From sequence record NC_070882.1: DNA of 64,000 bases, one strand, 5' to 3'. Below the pieces are notes generated by a model. The model saw only the letters and a program-made list of their open reading frames with translations. It made no database searches and was not told the origin of the DNA. Positions 47,267 through 55,756 of the stretch are shown piece after piece. A program made the translations under genes and the position numbers. Numbering within the stretch: the first letter of the stretch is position 1; each line of letters opens with the position of its first letter.

Positions 47267-47944
47267 ATGACTATTGTCATATGGGATGGTAAGGATCTTT
47301 TGGTCGATCGAGTTACTACGATCACCCAGAGCGATATCACTGGAGAGGATGGTACACCACAACCATACTACGTGGAACTTGACAAGTCCAAGATCTATCT
47401 TGCTTCTGAGAACAAATGGGAAGCTAAAGTCTGGGGTCGAGCTATAAAAGCATTTACAATGGTTGGAGATACGGAACATCGTCATTGCTGGCTGAATTTC
47501 TTGGAGACAGGAGATGATGTACATAGTCTAGCAGAGACCGCAAAGAATTTCCAACACCTGCTTACGCCTAATGCCGAATACATCCTCATCGATGAGGATA
47601 ATGTTCTTCATGTGTTCGAATCAACCCATGACATGTTTAGGAGCAATTATTATTCCACGCCTGCACGGAAACCAATCATCTTTGGATGCGCTGTAGCGGT
47701 TGAACTGCTGAATAATGTATTCACCTCGGCTGAGAACAAACTGAGTCCGTTGGAATGTATGGTTCTAGCGCAAGCACATTATCCCGTTTTGGGTAGGCGG
47801 TTTGACCACTGGAATGCTGAATCTAATATACTCACACGTGACAACGACCTTAGTGATCGTGCACGTCATTGGGTTGCTAGTCGAGCAGTGAAAAAGATTT
47901 CGGTTAACTCTAAACCACGCCCAGTTAATATCGTAAATAGGTAA
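47267..47944 (+). CDS. Ntn-hydrolase (HslV/proteasome-beta-like) protein
   Basis: Starts M-T-I-V-I-W-D-G-K-D-L-L-V-D, placing Thr at the N-terminus after Met removal; RBS AGGAG. Confidence 0.55.
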   Translation: MTIVIWDGKDLLVDRVTTITQSDITGEDGTPQPYYVELDKSKIYLASENKWEAKVWGRAIKAFTMVGDTEHRHCWLNFLETGDDVHSLAETAKNFQHLLTPNAEYILIDEDNVLHVFESTHDMFRSNYYSTPARKPIIFGCAVAVELLNNVFTSAENKLSPLECMVLAQAHYPVLGRRFDHWNAESNILTRDNDLSDRARHWVASRAVKKISVNSKPRPVNIVNR

Positions 47945-47949
47945 ATATA

Positions 47950-48081
47950 ATGCGCAACCTCCCTGAAGAACGGCTTAAACGTCGTCAACGTGATATGCGT
48001 AAAGATAAGCTACAACGTGGATTGATGTGGTCGTTCATCAGTGTCGTTGTCATCATTTCTGTTATCCAACTTTTTTTTTAA
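47950..48081 (+). CDS. 43-aa basic membrane peptide (absent from the ORF track)
   Basis: MRNLPEERLKRRQ... with C-terminal TM segment. Confidence 0.5.
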   Translation: MRNLPEERLKRRQRDMRKDKLQRGLMWSFISVVVIISVIQLFF

Positions 48082-48093
48082 AAGGAAATTAAA

Positions 48094-48627
48094 ATGTCTC
48101 AACATGAAATCGCTATTGCAAAAGAACTCTTCACTTTCAAAACCTTTGTTGAAAGGATGGTTCACGCTGCAAAACTGCTCGGTATGACCTGGCGTGTACA
48201 AATGCGTGATGATAACGGTAATATCATTCACACCGAAGTAACCGGTAATAAAGGTGGTCTCGCATTCGTAAAGGATTATGAAGTTGCTATACCGATCTAT
48301 GGTGAGCAGCTCCTTCTGAATGAAGGTGAAACGCCATGGTTGATCGATGAAAAAGATCCTGTATTCATTGAGGTCAATCGCATCCTGACAGAATATAACC
48401 GCGCTATCACCGCACCGCTGTATAAGTCGATGCGCGACATTCTCCCATTTTCCAAACTCCTTATCGATCGTTTTCCAGTCTATAACGACCATCCCCAATT
48501 CGCTACCTATCTGGCTGTGAATCCTCTGACCGAAAGAGATGGTTATCGGATCAACAAGGACGGTAAATTTGCCTGGTGGACCGGTAAAGGTAAACATCAC
48601 GATTACGATGTAGTCGAGTTGGTATAA
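48094..48627 (+). CDS. hypothetical protein
   Basis: RBS AAGGA; last + strand gene before the convergent hairpin at 48631-48680. Confidence 0.75.
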   Translation: MSQHEIAIAKELFTFKTFVERMVHAAKLLGMTWRVQMRDDNGNIIHTEVTGNKGGLAFVKDYEVAIPIYGEQLLLNEGETPWLIDEKDPVFIEVNRILTEYNRAITAPLYKSMRDILPFSKLLIDRFPVYNDHPQFATYLAVNPLTERDGYRINKDGKFAWWTGKGKHHDYDVVELV

Positions 48628-48676
48628 GACGACATATAGCCCTCTCCTTCGGGAGAGGGCTTATGCCTTATTTTTT

Positions 48677-49561
48677 TTATTCCATCAGCTTCCAGCAGAT
48701 ATCAATATTAGACAATAGCCAGTGGTCATACCAAAGAATAGTTGCCCCGACTGTATTTTGCCTAACGTATTTAGATGCCTTGTTATTAGAAAGCGCAACT
48801 GCTGTATAAGCATCCTTCTTACTTATTGTATCATATTTAACTTGTAAGTTAGATGCTGTCCGCAACTGTTTATTATTGTTCATCGGAGTGAACAGATTAT
48901 CAAACATCCATTGATCCATAATGAATGGACGGTAGGTATGTCCTTGATAGATAATATCGCGTCCTTGTTCAACTAGACATTTAAATCGACTGTCACTTTT
49001 GATCTGCGGAGTTATATAAGTGCCGTCAAGTGTTCCCTCGATAGCTGCAAACCCAGCTGCATATATTTCATTTGGATACAACCAGTTATGTACGCTGGAT
49101 GGAATGAAATATACCTCATTGTTAACCATAAACTTTCCATAAGGAGGTTTAGTAGTACCCTTGAGGTCAGCACTCCTGAGAGAGCTATATGCTGCTACGA
49201 GTTCTGTTAGTCCAGGTAAGTCTTCCATAGGGACTGTACCGAAATAGCCCAATGTAGAATCACCCCTTTGTAACCTATCTACGCCCATATCCGCATTATT
49301 AGACAAGGCACCAGTATTACGTTCTATACAGGTAGTATGACCGGTATCTAAGAATAAACCTTCTTCTAATACCTGCCTAATAACAACATAGTACTGAACG
49401 TTCTTTATGGCATTGAAATCAACTTCATGATAGTTACGGTAAGGCGGAGTAGCTGGAATGGTTGCAATTGGCGTTAGTGTATTAAGATCAGTGATTTCGG
49501 CTGATGCATAAACACGATATTCCTTACAAGCAACTCCAGTCCCATAAAACGTAATCTTCAT
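48677..49561 (-). CDS. putative virion structural protein (phiKZ-like paralog family)
   Basis: FN3-like N-terminus (Y.VY.S...ATIP...YYVVI) then a G...LGYFGTV module. Confidence 0.55.
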   Translation of the reverse strand: MKITFYGTGVACKEYRVYASAEITDLNTLTPIATIPATPPYRNYHEVDFNAIKNVQYYVVIRQVLEEGLFLDTGHTTCIERNTGALSNNADMGVDRLQRGDSTLGYFGTVPMEDLPGLTELVAAYSSLRSADLKGTTKPPYGKFMVNNEVYFIPSSVHNWLYPNEIYAAGFAAIEGTLDGTYITPQIKSDSRFKCLVEQGRDIIYQGHTYRPFIMDQWMFDNLFTPMNNNKQLRTASNLQVKYDTISKKDAYTAVALSNNKASKYVRQNTVGATILWYDHWLLSNIDICWKLME

Positions 49562-49741
49562 TAAACTCGCCCTCTATATTTAAACAGTGGCCACAACACT
49601 CTATTTGTTGTATCGGTAGCAACTGTCTTTGTCATAACACCACGAGCAAGACGAGCGTAATCGGGGTTGTTCAGTGCAGTGGGAGTTCTAACGATCTCTA
49701 ATGACGAAACAAAGCCTTCATCAGTGGGGAAGGCTTTTATG

Positions 49742-49918
49742 TTATCTATTTCGGCGAGTTATACGGTAGCCAAGTGCACCTAAGTCTACTCTAAAAAACC
49801 CTTTACCTTTATTGAAACCACCACCAACACGAACCATACGATCACCCTTATCCATTTTGATTTCAGTGAGTTTAAAAGTTCGTGTGAACGCAACGTATTT
49901 ATGTACCAATGTACTCAT
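49742..49918 (-). CDS. hypothetical protein
   Basis: RBS GAGGTGG. Confidence 0.65.
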   Translation of the reverse strand: MSTLVHKYVAFTRTFKLTEIKMDKGDRMVRVGGGFNKGKGFFRVDLGALGYRITRRNR

Positions 49919-49925
49919 AACCACC

Positions 49926-50186
49926 TCAATGTAAAACGTTCAAACCGTCATGCTTATGGCAATCACAGGTACAGAGTTCTTGTTCAACTCCACCTATGAT
50001 TACAAACGTAGCCTTAGCTACAGGTACATCATGTTTCTTAGCATGCCATACAGCTAACTCGTCTGTACGTTCTTTCTGAATGATATCGTCTACAACACCA
50101 AATATCTTTCTTAATACATCGATGTTAAAACTACTATCATGATTGATGTAGTTCATATAGACGGCATTACAACAAGCGAAAGCCAT
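49926..50186 (-). CDS. small Cys/His-rich protein
   Basis: TAATG-coupled; N-terminal ACC, C-terminal CTCDCH...H. Confidence 0.65.
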   Translation of the reverse strand: MAFACCNAVYMNYINHDSSFNIDVLRKIFGVVDDIIQKERTDELAVWHAKKHDVPVAKATFVIIGGVEQELCTCDCHKHDGLNVLH

Positions 50187-50485
50187 TACTGTTTACTTCC
50201 GGGATAGAACAAAGGAATAAGATCAGTTTGATAGTACTCATCTTTCACGTGTGTAAAGTTCTTATCAAAGCTTTCGGTCTTATAGGAAGTCCTCAGTCCA
50301 TTCGGCCATACAACGAGCATATCTCCAATAGCGAAGTCTGTGATCAGAGACTCGAATTCGTTAGGAGTAATGGTATCTCCACTCGTCTTAACAAACCGAC
50401 TAGCGATAAATCCACTCCCCCAATCAGAAGACATCCAAGCACCTGCTTCCGTAATCAGTTTAGCACGAACCAGAGTCTTAGTCAT
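50186..50485 (-). CDS. hypothetical protein
   Basis: Coupled at both ends. Confidence 0.7.
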   Translation of the reverse strand: MTKTLVRAKLITEAGAWMSSDWGSGFIASRFVKTSGDTITPNEFESLITDFAIGDMLVVWPNGLRTSYKTESFDKNFTHVKDEYYQTDLIPLFYPGSKQ

Positions 50486-50663
50486 ATTTGTTTCCCCAGT
50501 TTACTGTTTTGTTGAGAAGAGTAGCGCTTGGCTTTCTATTCCGAATTTGTCTTTTAATAGATTCGTTTAGCTCTTCCATTGTTTCTCGAACTTTAGCCAA
50601 TCGTTCCTTTTGTTCATTTGTAGGAACACTACTAGCTATACCCTGCAAAGCTTTTAGTGACAC
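50478..50663 (-). CDS. hypothetical protein
   Basis: GTG start; fits the - strand run. Confidence 0.55.
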   Translation of the reverse strand: MSLKALQGIASSVPTNEQKERLAKVRETMEELNESIKRQIRNRKPSATLLNKTVNWGNKYD

Positions 50664-50757
50664 GTCTTTACCCTAGATAATGTTTAACCATAGGATCTGG
50701 TCTTTCAGTATATTCATGTTACGGCATAAAAGGAATCCGAAGATTCCTTTTTATGTT

Positions 50758-50834
50758 TGGCGACTCCAGCCGGACTTGAACCGGCGACCTCTTGCGTGAC
50801 AGGCAAGCATTCTAACCAACTGAACTATGGAGCC
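50758..50834 (-). tRNA. tRNA-Asp(GTC)
   Basis: GGCTCCA...loop CTGTCAC...GGTTCAAGTCC...GTCGCCA; encoded CCA. Confidence 0.95.
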
Positions 50835-50854
50835 TAATTTTAAACTACTTAAAC

Positions 50855-50932
<78 letters not shown>

Positions 50933-50971
50933 GAAAATTGAATACTCTCGTATACTATTAGACACGAAGTA

Positions 50972-52552
50972 TTATTTAATTTCGTATTCGACTACAGGTG
51001 CTGTTTTAGAAACATCACCGCTGAATCTATATACACCAGCTGATGTAATCACCATTTCTTCATACGACCTAATTGTAGGGAAAGGATCTCCGATTAGCTC
51101 TGGTTCTTTATTAAGTTGTACCAATGCTAACTGTGTTGTAGTATTATTCGTAATATAGATATTGTTGCCGAAAACAATAGACCTATACGTCGAATACTTA
51201 TTAGCCGGTGCATTTAAAGGGATGGTCTCAGCGGCACTAAAATCGGGACTAATTTTTATATAGTCCGTTGGTGTGATATTTGTTCCACCAATAGATAATC
51301 TACCTTGAGATGCAACAATAACTAATTCGTTATTATCATTAAATCCAAGATCGTGATGCCAAGCCTCAAATGGTAGAATATTTTCAATAAGATCGATTGA
51401 GTAGGAGGTTAGATCAACCGTTATAATACTCTTATGGATCTTATCGTTTCGACCAGAGAAACCACCGACAATATAGAGTATGTCATCTTTAACTATACTG
51501 GCTGTACGTTCGATGTAGTAAGCGTCAACCAAACCTGGAATAGCCGCGAGCTTTTTAGTTTCCCAGGTATCAGTAGCTATGGTGTAAATATAAATAGTTG
51601 GCCCAGTTGACAATGGGTTACCATGAAGAATTAATTTACCGTTACTGTAAACCATATTCGTGGTAGTGGTTTCACCTTGGAATGGCACAACCGATGGTAA
51701 CTTAGTCCATGTTTTTGTATCCATGTCTAATCGATGTAGGTCGGACATGAAAGCAGTTGGTCCAGTTGTATATCCACAAGCCATATAGATATCATTGTTA
51801 TCCGAGTCATATGCAAGCACTGGCATCCCACGTTGTGGTGGTGGATTTACTGTCGATAGTACAGACGATAAACCTTTAAGTTCCTTCGGTGGAATATATT
51901 CTAGTACTGGACGCCATCCTCTATAATTAGTAGCTTCCGTCGGTGGGTGTCCGTCGTAAACATAAACTCCATTCTTTGCCTGGGGATGAGTAGACGAAGG
52001 CGAGAACTGTAGATAATTACCATTTGTATTTCTATTAGCCGCCCAGCTATAACTACCGCCTTCAGCACCTATAAGTTGAGAATCTGTATATTTCGCCCAG
52101 CTTCCTTTGGTTGTAACGTTACCAAAAATATCCCATAACTCGGAACCTTCATTACCTTGGGTAGTAATATCAGAATAAGGATTTTCACCTGCATTCATAA
52201 GACGGACTTTAAACATATTTCCGTCAATTACAATAACTTTACTACCATCTATTAAACCAGCGGTATCAAGTTGGTTTGGACTAATGGATCGGAGAATAGC
52301 TGTCTTTGAATAATACATGACAACATTATTCCTAGATACCTTAATCCAGCCGGCATCGGTATTTATGCTACCAATGGAATCGAGTTCAACAAGTGTTCTT
52401 AACTGAGGGTAAGTTATAAACTTATCACTTGCTAACTCACCATACAGACCAAGTGTCGAATCACCGTATTCAAAGGTAGAGGGACCGGGTAATTTATTTT
52501 CTGTTACCTTAATGAGTACTGACAACAACGATTCAAACATAATTTTATCCAT
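50972..52552 (-). CDS. virion-type N-terminal domain fused to a Kelch-like beta-propeller
   Basis: LYGELASDKFITY...GWIK...FKVRLM...GWRPVLEY module, then Kelch-type repeats (IYMACGY, LYIVGGF). Confidence 0.7.
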   Translation of the reverse strand: MDKIMFESLLSVLIKVTENKLPGPSTFEYGDSTLGLYGELASDKFITYPQLRTLVELDSIGSINTDAGWIKVSRNNVVMYYSKTAILRSISPNQLDTAGLIDGSKVIVIDGNMFKVRLMNAGENPYSDITTQGNEGSELWDIFGNVTTKGSWAKYTDSQLIGAEGGSYSWAANRNTNGNYLQFSPSSTHPQAKNGVYVYDGHPPTEATNYRGWRPVLEYIPPKELKGLSSVLSTVNPPPQRGMPVLAYDSDNNDIYMACGYTTGPTAFMSDLHRLDMDTKTWTKLPSVVPFQGETTTTNMVYSNGKLILHGNPLSTGPTIYIYTIATDTWETKKLAAIPGLVDAYYIERTASIVKDDILYIVGGFSGRNDKIHKSIITVDLTSYSIDLIENILPFEAWHHDLGFNDNNELVIVASQGRLSIGGTNITPTDYIKISPDFSAAETIPLNAPANKYSTYRSIVFGNNIYITNNTTTQLALVQLNKEPELIGDPFPTIRSYEEMVITSAGVYRFSGDVSKTAPVVEYEIK

Positions 52553-52705
52553 TGAAAAGTGACTGTTTACAGAGGGGTGACTGTATAGAACTTCACGTTC
52601 CTACTCCCTTACCGTCTAAGGCCTCCCCCATTAAAGGTACTTACCAAAAGACTAAATCATACAATTTGCAACATAAAGCCCGCCTTTCGGCAGGCTCTAT
52701 TGAAA

Positions 52706-52791
52706 TGGTAGGAACAGAGGGACTCGAACCCACAGTGTCTTACGACGGCTGGACCTAAACCAGCTGGCTATACCAATTCGCCTATGTTCCC
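52706..52791 (-). tRNA. tRNA-Leu(TAG)
   Basis: Loop TTTAGGT, long variable arm, GGTTCGAGTCC, CCA. Confidence 0.93.
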
Positions 52792-52848
52792 ATGTAGAAT
52801 ATGCTTAACGCTAATCCTTACATATAATCACTACGCCAGTATTTGTTT

Positions 52849-53787
52849 TCATGGATTCTCTGGATCGTATACCCATAGATCATTGTGGTACACACCATTC
52901 GTGTAACCACCAGATAAATAAATCTTACCGTCGTAGACTTCCATATTAGCATAGAATCTAGTAGGGGGCATCTTGCCCGGAGGAAGTATTATGTTTGACC
53001 ATGTATCGGTTTCAATATCATAGACACTGAAAATATGATCGTTGTTAATAGTGTTTGGAGTAGAGCTCGTACCAGATTGACCGCCGAATACATAGATCTT
53101 ATTATTAAGAGCTACGGCAGAATGTCTATTTCTATTTACAAGACCATTCTTGTGGGCAGTCCATGTGTTGTTGTCAACATTATAACTTCTAAATGAGGCA
53201 ACTGATGTGTTAGCGGTTTCATATCCACCGAGCGTGTAAAGACGGCGATCATGACTAGTTAGAGACGCATAACGGATTTGGTATGGTGGTGTTAGATTAG
53301 CTACTGTAAAGTTATCGGTATTGTAGCTTTTAAATTCATACATAATACCCTGTGCGCCGTTCCCACCAAACAGATACACTTTATTATCAATAGCCGACAT
53401 GCAGTGGCTATTACGAACAGCCAATCCACCATTGGATCGAGTTACAGGTGTGATAGTTTCGCCATCAATAGTAAACTCTACCATTGTATTCGTATCAGCG
53501 GAACCTGTATATCCACCGAATACGTAAAATTTATTACCAACTAAACCACCAGCAGCACGTAGGTTAACGTTCGCTCCAGCTGGTAGTTCTTTCCATTCGT
53601 CTGCTATGAAGTCATAGACGGATACCGTGTTAAACGCATTAGTGGTGGCACGGCGCCCACCGAAGATATAAAGTTTGTCTCCTACAACAACAGATGTTGA
53701 CTGATTTCTTCCGACATCGGGTCCCTGTAGCTGAACCCAACCTTGCTTACTTTTATATTCCCCAATTCCTAACAATACTTCAAACAT
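52849..53787 (-). CDS. Kelch-repeat beta-propeller protein
   Basis: About six LY(I/V)FGG...(V/Y)D....W repeats. Confidence 0.9.
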   Translation of the reverse strand: MFEVLLGIGEYKSKQGWVQLQGPDVGRNQSTSVVVGDKLYIFGGRRATTNAFNTVSVYDFIADEWKELPAGANVNLRAAGGLVGNKFYVFGGYTGSADTNTMVEFTIDGETITPVTRSNGGLAVRNSHCMSAIDNKVYLFGGNGAQGIMYEFKSYNTDNFTVANLTPPYQIRYASLTSHDRRLYTLGGYETANTSVASFRSYNVDNNTWTAHKNGLVNRNRHSAVALNNKIYVFGGQSGTSSTPNTINNDHIFSVYDIETDTWSNIILPPGKMPPTRFYANMEVYDGKIYLSGGYTNGVYHNDLWVYDPENP

Positions 53788-53847
53788 AACGATTACCTTT
53801 CGTCAAAATCATAACATATAACCTCCCCGAAGGGAGGCTTTATGTTT

Positions 53848-54150
53848 TTAATCTTGATTAGCTAACCATTCTTTCAAAAGGGCTACAAAATTAACGGGTT
53901 CTTTTACAACTTGACCGTTTCTACAAACGGGTATCTTTTCAATGCTGGGGTCATCCATAATCGGACGATACCATTCTTGAAATTTCTTATTCAGATCCCG
54001 ACTAAAAATTTCCGTAATGAGTGCGCCAAGTCCATCGTCTTGGTACAGTGCGTTTTCGTTCACGATTGATCCTCTGTAGTTATAGCAAGTTTTACAAGGG
54101 CAAGTCTTCGAGTTACCCAAGCCGTAATGAAATCTCCACGTGTAGTACAA
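53848..54150 (-). CDS. hypothetical protein
   Basis: CPCKTC motif; start uncertain because of overlap. Confidence 0.55.
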   Translation of the reverse strand: MYYTWRFHYGLGNSKTCPCKTCYNYRGSIVNENALYQDDGLGALITEIFSRDLNKKFQEWYRPIMDDPSIEKIPVCRNGQVVKEPVNFVALLKEWLANQD

Positions 54151-54350
54151 TCGTAACTTACATGTGCTTGATATTCAGGATGGTTAATATTGAATTTATC
54201 TATGACCTTAGACCGTAGATAGTCTTCTGCTGCTTTTGTTGACATCCCTTCTGTATTTGGGAATTCTTCTATAAGTAGCTCTGACAACATTTTATTTCTT
54301 GAAGCTAGGTCTATATCAGCCTCAGTATGACATGGCATGAAAGCTGTCAT
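54060..54350 (-). CDS. hypothetical protein
   Basis: RBS GAGGT. Confidence 0.6.
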   Translation of the reverse strand: MTAFMPCHTEADIDLASRNKMLSELLIEEFPNTEGMSTKAAEDYLRSKVIDKFNINHPEYQAHVSYDCTTRGDFITAWVTRRLALVKLAITTEDQS

Positions 54351-54436
54351 GATTACCTCTTTACATCCTTTGACATACTGTTATATAGCCCAGTATAAAA
54401 CGACATAAAACTCTCCTTATCGGAGAGTCGTATATC

Positions 54437-54678
54437 GGACATTAAAACCAGTCTCTTTTTGATCGTAATGTCCATCGTGAGGTGACAGTTAGTGGAACTG
54501 AAGAGACACCTTTCGGTATGGGCGGCCCATTCGACTTCCCTCAATCATCGGCTTGCCACTATTAGCCTTTGGTTTCCGGGTGCTATAAATGGTCACATCG
54601 AAATACTACAGTCTGCTGGACCTAATATGAGATGTTTCTACAGGTAGCTTTCGATGAAGTAACTTTGTTCGTTACATA
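54437..54678 (-). ncRNA. candidate pseudoknotted ncRNA of about 240 nt
   Basis: ORF-poor; 8-bp stems and a 7-bp loop-stem pairing; TATGTA at its 5' end and a family hairpin at its 3' end. Confidence 0.5.
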
Positions 54679-54700
54679 TTGTAATCAACTGGGTATTATT

Positions 54701-54849
54701 TTAATCAAGCGTACAGAGTACACCGATTAAACGGAACGGGCAAGTCAAGACCCACCAAATAGCTTCGAACACAGCGCCAATGATTTCACCAACTACATTG
54801 AGGGCTTGTCGCCCTTTATGCTGTTTTTTTCTTTTTTGTCATCAGTCAT
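54701..54849 (-). CDS. small membrane protein split by a -1 frameshift (49 aa if joined)
   Basis: MTDDKKEK + QHKGRQALNVVGEIIGAVFEAIWWVLTCPFRLIGVLCTLD; break in an A7 run. Confidence 0.45.
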
Positions 54850-54851
54850 TA

Positions 54852-55022
54852 TTAACAAACCATAATTGGTACTTCAAGTCCATTGCGTTTGCAATGCTCT
54901 TCAAGTTTACGTTGAGCCTGGTTGAACTTAGCCAGTGCCTCAAGAGTTTTCTCTCGGTTACCAGCAAGTTGTTCTGGAGTCTGACGAGCATGAATTGCTT
55001 TTATAGAAAGATTAGGAACCAT
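54852..55022 (-). CDS. 56-aa hypothetical protein (absent from the ORF track)
   Basis: MVPNLSIKAIHARQTPEQL...; 2-3 nt gaps to both neighbours. Confidence 0.6.
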   Translation of the reverse strand: MVPNLSIKAIHARQTPEQLAGNREKTLEALAKFNQAQRKLEEHCKRNGLEVPIMVC

Positions 55023-55025
55023 AAG

Positions 55026-55562
55026 TCACCCGAAAGATTTACGTGCGTCGGCTTCATTGTCAAACAAACGACAACCCCAAATATAAGCTGCATCTAGTTC
55101 AGCACGGAAACATTTCTTAACTTCCTCACTAGCTGTCTTCATGTAGTTGTCTACAGCATCTAAGAAAGAATAACCTTCAGCTTTACCTACAAAGCTGGCT
55201 ATACTAGATTCACCAGTAGCGCGATGTCCTTCTTGCCAAATTTCATATTCTTTCTTCTTAAGTACAGAATCACGCTGTTCTTCTAAGACTTTCATTACTT
55301 GATCAAAGTCTTCATAACCCATGCGACTGAGTCGAGCAATGAGACTTTGCTGTGCTTTACCATCTAACAAAGTCTCATGCATCTCTTTGGTGGCTTCTAG
55401 GTACACGCCGTTTTGAAGGAGGATCAAGAAGTCATTAAACTTCATATATTCTCCACCCTCATTATCTAAGACCATCTTAGTCTCATTGACAGTGTCCTGT
55501 GGGCTCAATAGAATCTTAGGTACTGCGGGCGACCAACGTTTAATCAAACTTAATGCTGACAT
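55026..55562 (-). CDS. hypothetical protein
   Basis: RBS AAGGA; start MSALSL. Confidence 0.7.
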   Translation of the reverse strand: MSALSLIKRWSPAVPKILLSPQDTVNETKMVLDNEGGEYMKFNDFLILLQNGVYLEATKEMHETLLDGKAQQSLIARLSRMGYEDFDQVMKVLEEQRDSVLKKKEYEIWQEGHRATGESSIASFVGKAEGYSFLDAVDNYMKTASEEVKKCFRAELDAAYIWGCRLFDNEADARKSFG

Positions 55563-55624
55563 GTTATTTCCTTTTGTAATAGTTGACATAAAGCTCTCCC
55601 CGAAGGGAGAGCACTATGACGCAT

Positions 55625-55713
55625 TGGTGGAGAGGACTGGACTCGAACCAGTAATGCCCGATACGGACGGCTGATTTACAGTCAGCTGGGGTTACCAATT
55701 TTCCTATCTCTCC
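55625..55713 (-). tRNA. tRNA-Tyr(GTA)
   Basis: Loop CTGTAAA, long variable arm, GGTTCGAGTCC, CCA. Confidence 0.93.
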
Positions 55714-55756
55714 GAAATCTGATATAGTCTTACATAGTATTACTATACAAGTATTT

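Noticed and set aside
231-48600. The many minus-strand ORFs in the ORF track over the + gene block (e.g. 3264-4187, 6018-6809, 22105-22773)
   Set aside because: Antisense shadows of well-supported + genes; no RBS or recognisable motifs
49562-49760. Open minus-strand frame (...LEIVRTPTALNNPDYARLARG...VLWPLFKYRGRV) as a virion-gene remnant
   Set aside because: No start codon or RBS upstream and it runs through a family hairpin; at most a 24-aa peptide, too weak to call
52552-52758. 68-aa + ORF (likewise 55564-55776 and the long start of 58542-58865)
   Set aside because: They overlap tRNA genes; the peptides are translated tRNA sequence
54497-54545. Hammerhead-like CTGAAGA (+) and RNase-P-like GAGGGAAGTC (-) words
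   Set aside because: The required partner motifs (GAAA after stem II; P4 3' strand) are missing
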